DNA of 64,000 nucleotides from Rickettsiales bacterium (GTDB lineage Bacteria; Pseudomonadota; Alphaproteobacteria; Rickettsiales; UBA1997): NCBI GenBank assembly GCA_017620845.1, contig JAGAUJ010000003.1, positions 46,136 to 110,135 of the forward strand, read 5' to 3'. Shown piece by piece: positions 58,575 to 64,000 of this stretch (position 1 is its first letter; each line of letters starts with the position of its first letter). The notes under the pieces were generated by a model. It saw only the letters and a program-made list of their open reading frames with translations, ran no database searches and was not told where the DNA came from. The position numbers and the translations under genes were made by a program.

Positions 58575-58922
58575 TTATTCAAGAGTTTCAAAGTTTTGAC
58601 ATGCTGAATCGCCACCAGCAAACGCCTTAATTATTTGTGGTGCACCAAATATACAAGCCATACCAAGAGCGAATGCTAAAATAGATGTCCAAGCAACTTT
58701 ACCACCAATAAATGCCAAACTTACACCAATACAAGCAAATGCCGCTAATGATTTACCAACACCGCCAGTTAAGAATGCTAAAGCATTACATAAATAATCT
58801 TCTAAACCATTACCTGTTAAGTTTTTATTTGATGAAATTTCACCAGCAAATACTGTTGTTGGTTGAACAACAAATAAATTGAAAGCAATAAATAAAGATA
58901 AAAATAACATTACTTTTTTCAT
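58575..58922 (-). CDS. TrbC/VirB2-like type IV secretion pilin
   Basis: Start taken at MKKVMLF (58922). It has a signal peptide ending VFA-GE and two hydrophobic helices with a Gly/Ala-rich pattern (LAFLTGGVGKSLAAFACIGVSLAFIGG...ILAFALGMACIFGAPQII), typical of VirB2/TrbC pilins. Confidence 0.5.
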   Translation of the reverse strand: MKKVMLFLSLFIAFNLFVVQPTTVFAGEISSNKNLTGNGLEDYLCNALAFLTGGVGKSLAAFACIGVSLAFIGGKVAWTSILAFALGMACIFGAPQIIKAFAGGDSACQNFETLE

Positions 58923-59022
58923 AGTATGAACATAATTAATTAATTTTATAATTAGCATAATAATATTATTTTTTTATTTTTTCAATAGTTTTTTAATTTG
59001 AGATTAATACCAATAAAAATAC

Positions 59023-59050
59023 TTGAAAATAAAAATAAATATTCTATAAT
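59023..59050 (+). promoter_or_regulatory. Sigma70-type promoter of tRNA-Cys
   Basis: TTGAAA (59023-59028), 16 nt, TATAAT (59045-59050). The -10 box ends 10 nt before the tRNA. Confidence 0.5.
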
Positions 59051-59060
59051 TTTAAGGAGT

Positions 59061-59135
59061 GGCCGGATAGCAAAGTGGTAATGCGAGAGTCTGCAAAACT
59101 TTCATGCGTCGGTTCGATTCCGTCTCCGGCCTCCA
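59061..59135 (+). tRNA. tRNA-Cys (GCA)
   Basis: 75 nt with acceptor GGCCGGA/TCCGGCC, anticodon loop CTGCAAA and T-loop TTCGATT (one T:T mismatch in the T stem). The CCA end is encoded. Confidence 0.88.
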
Positions 59136-59475
59136 ATTATATAAAATCTGTATAAAGTTATATTATTAATCCGGTTGTTATTAAGTTTAATTATTTTAAT
59201 AATTATTATTTATATTGATTTTTTAAATTCCTTTTTTAACTCATTAATACATTCTTTAAAAATATTTATATTTCTATTAAAACATCTTTTATAATCTTTA
59301 AGTTCTAAATCAAACAATTCATTTTTTGTTTCTGGTATATAATCTTCAACAATACAATCATAATTATAATGTAATGGTGGTTCCTTATCTATACCATATT
59401 GATATATTTTTCCATTTCTTTTTTTACATTCATCACAAGAATCATGACCGGTGCATTTCTATTTAAAATACTTAC

Positions 59476-60006
59476 TTATTCTTTTTTAGCAAAACTTTTG
59501 TAATTATTTTTATCTATCGGAAGATATAATTTTGGATCTAATTTATAGTCTTTTTTAAGTATTCCTATATTATGTCTATATTCTCCTGTTGGGGTTCTAT
59601 TTACTGATTCAATTTTTTTTGTTCCTTTTTGATCTATTACTTCAAAGTGAAGATGTGGACCGGTGCTTATTCCAGTATTTCCAACTTTACCAATAATTGC
59701 GCCTTGTTTTACATAATCACCATATTGATAGGGGGATTTATCTAACATATGTGCATATAATGTTGATAGGCCATTTGAGTGTTTTATAATAATAGTATTA
59801 CCGTAACCACTTGGATTAAAATCAGAAAATATAACTTTACCATCATCAACAGCATAAATATTTTTACCTTCTATTTTATTTTTAATGTGTTGGTCTGTGC
59901 TATTAAAATCTAAACCATAATGAATACCTAATTTTTTGCCTCTATTAATTAAATAGTTATTTGTATGATTTGAAAATTCTTTATCTACTGGATAAATAAA
60001 ACTCAT
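59476..60006 (-). CDS. M23 family metallopeptidase (LytM-type)
   Basis: 176 aa with HYGLDF (HxxxD), YGNTIIIKHSNGLSTLYAHM and GPHLHFEV (HxH). No signal peptide is evident. Confidence 0.85.
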   Translation of the reverse strand: MSFIYPVDKEFSNHTNNYLINRGKKLGIHYGLDFNSTDQHIKNKIEGKNIYAVDDGKVIFSDFNPSGYGNTIIIKHSNGLSTLYAHMLDKSPYQYGDYVKQGAIIGKVGNTGISTGPHLHFEVIDQKGTKKIESVNRTPTGEYRHNIGILKKDYKLDPKLYLPIDKNNYKSFAKKE

Positions 60007-60042
60007 TACTTGTAATATAATTTAATTTAAAAATAAAATATA

Positions 60043-60810
60043 TCACTCAAACTCTAATGGAAGCATATTTTTATTATAGTATTCCACTATACAATTATTT
60101 ATTATAAGGTCGGCTTCTTCTTTTTTGTCAACAATATATATTGCTTTATTTAATGCTATTTGAAATGGTGGAATATGTGTTAATTCATCATTTGAATCAA
60201 GTAATTTTATATAAAATGTTCCTGTTGGAAAAGGTAATTCATATTCATAATCTGCGGATGAAGCAAATATTTTATTATTTTCTTTATGTAAAAATAAAAA
60301 ATTATGATGTTGATTATTTTGTATATTATTGTAAAAAGTGCCAACCAGATATATTTTGTTATGTTTATTAATTTTGTCTTGTATACCTTTTTTATATGTT
60401 AAATATTCAAGGTCAATTCTACAATAATCATCGTCTTTAATTTTTTCTTCTTTTTGTATAAAGTCTTTTTTATTACTTAATAATTTAAAATTAGTTATAA
60501 TATTATTATTTACAACAATATTTATTTTAGATTTATTATGTGTTTCTAATGTGTATGTTCCATTGGATATTTTTTTAAATGTTGTAGTTTCAAAATCACT
60601 GATTAAATATATTTTATTATCATAAGTATAAAAATGTTGCACATCGCAATAATCTTCTCCCAACTCGGTAAAACATATTTTTGTAAAAAAACCTTGTAAA
60701 TAATATTTATTAAAATCTATATTATTATTTATAGCAAATATATTTGATATAAATAATAAATTAAGTAAAGTAAATAATATTATTAATATGTATTTATTAA
60801 ATATTTTCAT
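60043..60810 (-). CDS. Hypothetical secreted protein
   Basis: 255 aa with an N-terminal signal peptide (…ISNIFA-IN) and two weakly similar internal halves (DNKIYLISDFETTTF..NGTYTL versus NNKIFASSADYEYELPFPTGTFYIKL). Confidence 0.55.
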   Translation of the reverse strand: MKIFNKYILIILFTLLNLLFISNIFAINNNIDFNKYYLQGFFTKICFTELGEDYCDVQHFYTYDNKIYLISDFETTTFKKISNGTYTLETHNKSKINIVVNNNIITNFKLLSNKKDFIQKEEKIKDDDYCRIDLEYLTYKKGIQDKINKHNKIYLVGTFYNNIQNNQHHNFLFLHKENNKIFASSADYEYELPFPTGTFYIKLLDSNDELTHIPPFQIALNKAIYIVDKKEEADLIINNCIVEYYNKNMLPLEFE

Positions 60811-60881
60811 AATAATTCACTTAAATTCAAAAATAAAATAATATATCAATTTGCAAAGTAAAGAAAAATTAAACATTTTTA

Positions 60882-60910
60882 TTGACTTTAACAAAAAAGA
60901 AGTTTATAAT
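60882..60910 (+). promoter_or_regulatory. Sigma70-type promoter of the S10 ribosomal-protein operon
   Basis: TTGACT (60882-60887), 17 nt, TATAAT (60905-60910). This leaves a leader of about 100 nt before rpsJ. Confidence 0.55.
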
Positions 60911-61009
60911 TAGCCTGTCTTGATAGTGATGTTTAGAAATAAACCTCTCATTTCGATATTATTTTAGGCAGTGTTGGCCTATTTTTTATGAATATATTTA
61001 AGAAAGACG

Positions 61010-61333
61010 ATGAAAGAAAAAGAAGGGATTAGAATTGTCTTGAAAGCATTTGATGCTAATATTTTAAATCAAGCAGTTCAAGAGATAGTTGGGACTGTTA
61101 AAAGAACAGGAGCAACAGTTGTAGGTCCTATTCCACTTCCTACAAACATAAAAAAATTTACAGTTATAAGATCTCCTCACGTTTACAAAAGAAGTATGGA
61201 ACAATATGAGATTAGATCTTTAAAAAGATTGTTAATAATAATTCCTACACCACAAACAGTTGAAGCATTAATGAAGTTAAACCTTTCGGCTGGTGTAAAT
61301 ATCAAAATTTCCTTAAATGGAGGTAATGAATAA
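61010..61333 (+). CDS. rpsJ: 30S ribosomal protein S10
   Basis: 107 aa with IRIVLKAFD...GPIPLPT...[18 protein letters not shown]. Confidence 0.95.
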   Translation: MKEKEGIRIVLKAFDANILNQAVQEIVGTVKRTGATVVGPIPLPTNIKKFTVIRSPHVYKRSMEQYEIRSLKRLLIIIPTPQTVEALMKLNLSAGVNIKISLNGGNE

Positions 61334-61962
61334 TGGTTGCAATGGTAGGAAAGAAGTTAGGCATGAGTAGATTATACCTTGACAATGGTGTAGTTGTGCC
61401 AGTAACTTTGATAAAAGTATATGACAGTCTTGTAAGTGATTATAAAACATATGATGACAAAGATTTTAACCATGTAGTATTATCATATGGTAAGGATAAA
61501 AAGACAGAGAAAAAAATAAATAAATCAGTTTTGGGATTTTATAAAAAGAAAAATCTTGAAGCACACAACAATATGAAAACATTTAAAGTTGCAAAAGATG
61601 AAGTTTTCAATGTTGGTGATATATTGAATTTTAGTCAATTTGAACAAGGCGATATTATAAATATAACTGGTATATCAAAAGGTAAAGGATATGCTGGTGC
61701 TATGAAAAGACACGGTTTTGCTGGTTTAGAGGCTGCACACGGTGTATCTGTAACACATAGATCATTAGGTGGAACTGGAACCAGAAGACAAGAAGGTAAA
61801 GTAGCAAAAGGTAAGAAGATGGCTGGACATATGGGTTCTGAACAAGTAACAATTAAAAACTTACAAGTTGTAAGAATTGAAGATGAAAATGGTGTTATTT
61901 GTGTTAAGGGTGCAGTTCCAGGTTGTAAAGGTTCCGATCTTATTATTAAAGCTGTTAAATAA
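61333..61962 (+). CDS. rplC: 50S ribosomal protein L3
   Basis: 209 aa with GKKLGMSRLY...PVTLI and GKGYAGAMKRHGF.G. Confidence 0.95.
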   Translation: MVAMVGKKLGMSRLYLDNGVVVPVTLIKVYDSLVSDYKTYDDKDFNHVVLSYGKDKKTEKKINKSVLGFYKKKNLEAHNNMKTFKVAKDEVFNVGDILNFSQFEQGDIINITGISKGKGYAGAMKRHGFAGLEAAHGVSVTHRSLGGTGTRRQEGKVAKGKKMAGHMGSEQVTIKNLQVVRIEDENGVICVKGAVPGCKGSDLIIKAVK

Positions 61963-61975
61963 GTAGGGAGTGAAT

Positions 61976-62593
61976 ATGAAATTAGTAGTTTTAAATTTAA
62001 ACAACTTAAAAGAATCTTCTGAAAATATAGACGAAATAAGTTTAGATAATATAGAAGGTGAAAAATGCGTTCCTTATGTAATTAAATGGCAACTATCAAA
62101 AGATAGATTAGGAACAGCAAAAACTAAATTAATGTCCGAAGTTTCTGGTTCTACTAAAAAAATAGTTAGACAAAAAGGAACTGGTGGTGCGAGACACGGA
62201 TCTAAAAGAGCTGTTCAATTCGTTGGTGGTAGAACATGTTTTGGTCCACAACCAAGAGATTACAGTTTCTCTATTCCTAAAAAAATTGTTAAAAAAGCAT
62301 TAAGTTGTGTATTGAGAAATAAAGCAAAAGATGGCAAGTTAATCTTGATTGAAGGAATGGAAGATTTAGAATTAAGCACAAATAAATTAAATAAAAAATT
62401 ACAAGAGAAAAATATAAGTAGAGCATTGGTTAGTTATGATATGGAAAACTATAAAAACTTTACTTTATCTTTAAGAAATTTATTTAATTATAAAAGTTTG
62501 GTTACTGACGCATTAAATGTTTATGACATTCTAAATTTTGATTATCTTTTAGTAGATAAAAAATGTTTGAACAAACTTAAAGAGGTGTTATAA
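61976..62593 (+). CDS. rplD: 50S ribosomal protein L4
   Basis: QKGTGGARHGS...GGRTCFGPQPRDY. ATG 61976 lies 5 nt after a GGGAG RBS (GTG 61970 is possible). Confidence 0.93.
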   Translation: MKLVVLNLNNLKESSENIDEISLDNIEGEKCVPYVIKWQLSKDRLGTAKTKLMSEVSGSTKKIVRQKGTGGARHGSKRAVQFVGGRTCFGPQPRDYSFSIPKKIVKKALSCVLRNKAKDGKLILIEGMEDLELSTNKLNKKLQEKNISRALVSYDMENYKNFTLSLRNLFNYKSLVTDALNVYDILNFDYLLVDKKCLNKLKEVL

Positions 62594-62889
62594 TGTTAGG
62601 TTATATTTACGATATTATACTTTCACCTATAGTAACAGAAAAAACAAATACTCAATTGAATAATAGAAAATATTCTTTTAGTATTAGCGGTTCTGCAAGT
62701 AAAGAAGATATTAAAAAATCAATTGAAACTATTTTTGGTGTTGATGTTGAAAAAATTAACATAATTAATACCGAAGGTAAAGTTAAAAGATTTAAAGGAA
62801 CTATTGGTAAAAGAAGTTCCGTTAAAAAAGCCATTGTTACTATAAAAAATGGACAAGAGATAAATTTTGCAAAATTAGAGGATAAATAA
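62593..62889 (+). CDS. rplW: 50S ribosomal protein L23
   Basis: 98 aa with SPIVTEKT...KKSIETIFGVDVEKINI....KKAIVT. Confidence 0.93.
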   Translation: MLGYIYDIILSPIVTEKTNTQLNNRKYSFSISGSASKEDIKKSIETIFGVDVEKINIINTEGKVKRFKGTIGKRSSVKKAIVTIKNGQEINFAKLEDK

Positions 62890-62891
62890 TT

Positions 62892-63716
62892 ATGGTTATG
62901 AAAAATTTTAAACCCGTTACTCCATCTACAAGAGGCTTGAAATTAGCAAGTAGAGAAGGTTTGTGGAAAGGTAGTCCATTGAAAATGTTAACAGTTTCTA
63001 CTAATAGTAAAGCAGGTAGGAATAATTATGGTCAAATTACTGTAAGAAGAAGAGGTGGTGGACACAAAAAAGCTTACAGATTAATAGACTTTAAGAGAAA
63101 TAGATTTGATATACCAGCAACAGTTGAAAGGATTGAATATGATCCAAATAGAACTGCACATATTGCTTTAATAAAATATAAAGATGGTATATTTTCTTAT
63201 ATAATAGCACCAGATAAATTGAAAGTTGGTGATACAGTTTTGTCATCTAAAAAATTAATAGATGTAAAAGTTGGTAATACAATGCCATTAGCAGTTATGC
63301 CTATTGGAACAGTTATTCACAATATTGAAAGCAAACCAGGTGCTGGTGCAAGAGTTGTTAGAAGTGCTGGTATGTTTGCTCAATTAGCTGGTAAGGACGA
63401 TGGTTATGCTATTATAAGATTACAATCTGGTGAAACAAGAATGTTTTTATTAGATTGTTTGGCTACTGTTGGATCAGTAAGTAATCCAGATAAGAAAAAT
63501 GAAAAATTGGGAAAAGCTGGTAGAAATAGATGGCTTGGTGTTAGACCAAGTGTTAGAGGTGAATCTATGAACCCTGTTGATCACCCACATGGTGGTAGAA
63601 CAAGAGGTGGTAGAATTCCAGTTTCTCCAACCGGTGTATGTGCTAGAGGTGGAAGAACTCGAAAGAAGAGCAATCCAACCAATAGATTTATTGTTAAAAG
63701 CCGTCATAAAAAATAA
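62892..63716 (+). CDS. rplB: 50S ribosomal protein L2
   Basis: 274 aa with RRRGGGHKK.YR.IDF, IEYDPNRTAHIALI and MNPVDHPHGG. Confidence 0.96.
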   Translation: MVMKNFKPVTPSTRGLKLASREGLWKGSPLKMLTVSTNSKAGRNNYGQITVRRRGGGHKKAYRLIDFKRNRFDIPATVERIEYDPNRTAHIALIKYKDGIFSYIIAPDKLKVGDTVLSSKKLIDVKVGNTMPLAVMPIGTVIHNIESKPGAGARVVRSAGMFAQLAGKDDGYAIIRLQSGETRMFLLDCLATVGSVSNPDKKNEKLGKAGRNRWLGVRPSVRGESMNPVDHPHGGRTRGGRIPVSPTGVCARGGRTRKKSNPTNRFIVKSRHKK

Positions 63717-63729
63717 GAGGTAGAATAGT

Positions 63730-64000
63730 ATGACAAGATCAGCTTGGAAAATTCCGTTTGTAGATGGATATTTAATTAAAAAAGCAAAAACAGCAGCAGA
63801 AGATCCAAAAAAACCAATGATTAAAACTTGGTCAAGAAGATCTACAATTTTGCCACAATTTGTTGGTTTGACATTTGCTGTTTATAATGGTAAAAAGTTC
63901 GTGTCAGTATTGGTTAGTGAAGATATGGTTGGACATAAGTTTGGTGAATTTGCACCAACAAGAACTTTCCATGGACACGCTGGTAATAAAAAAGTAGAAA
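63730..64000 (+). CDS. rpsS: 30S ribosomal protein S19 (3' partial; runs off the window)
   Basis: ATG 63730 follows a GAGG RBS. It reads [15 protein letters not shown]...[47 protein letters not shown]. It is absent from the ORF track because no stop falls within the window. Confidence 0.9.
   Translation, partial: MTRSAWKIPFVDGYLIKKAKTAAEDPKKPMIKTWSRRSTILPQFVGLTFAVYNGKKFVSVLVSEDMVGHKFGEFAPTRTFHGHAGNKKVE

Overview
This is a very AT-rich, gene-dense chromosomal window with about 60 protein genes and 3 tRNAs. It reads like a reduced-genome, host-associated proteobacterium. My best guess is an alphaproteobacterium of the Rickettsiales/Holosporales type, based on tolQRAB, an alpha-type sspB, a DUF2793 protein, a VirB2-like pilin and an ankyrin protein; this taxonomic call is inference. 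The genetic code looks standard: the large conserved genes are intact, Trp is TGG, and there are no in-frame TGA codons. The backbone, in order, is: comEC (5' partial), zupT, gyrA, trpS, uvrA, comM/yifB, tolQ-tolR-tolA-tolB, rluD, a pilB/gspE-like ATPase, pth, tRNA-fMet and parS-parA-parB. These are followed by a murD-like gene, tmk, truB and a contiguous 8-gene shikimate/chorismate block (DAHP-synthase-like, aroB, chorismate mutase, aroA, aroK, aroE, aroD, aroC). Then come tRNA-Gly, rpsT, secF, pyk, cvpA, a porin, murB, dnaK, murC, sspB, plsY, glyQS, a HAD hydrolase, tRNA-Cys and an M23 peptidase. The window ends with the start of the S10 operon (rpsJ-rplC-rplD-rplW-rplB-rpsS, 3' partial). 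The most interesting observations are these. (1) A 490-bp non-coding gap at 20.4-20.9 kb carries 10 perfect GTTAATAA copies and two long palindromes. It sits exactly where + strand composition flips from C>G to G>C and gene orientation flips, with a perfect parS 7.5 kb away, so it is a candidate oriC. (2) rpsT is interrupted by an A10 tract and would be restored by losing one A, which suggests transcriptional slippage or a sequencing error. (3) An orphan three-gene operon (8593->5729, minus strand) has a 654-aa core protein with an ordered His/Asp/Gln-x-Asn-Gly-Cys motif like clan CE (Ulp1-type) proteases, making it a candidate host-directed effector or toxin-antidote-like module. (4) An orphan pair at 54.3-55.7 kb has a 373-aa protein showing several ribosome-inactivating-protein (RIP) motifs in the correct order, with Asp replacing the catalytic Glu. 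(5) The complete shikimate supraoperon uses a type I dehydroquinase. (6) A MurD-like ORF has lost its P-loop lysine, pyruvate kinase carries a metallothionein-like Cys cluster, and the PilB/GspE ATPase is an orphan. No CRISPR array, rRNA or intact transposase was seen. All calls come from reading the sequence and ORF translations by eye; no database search was run.
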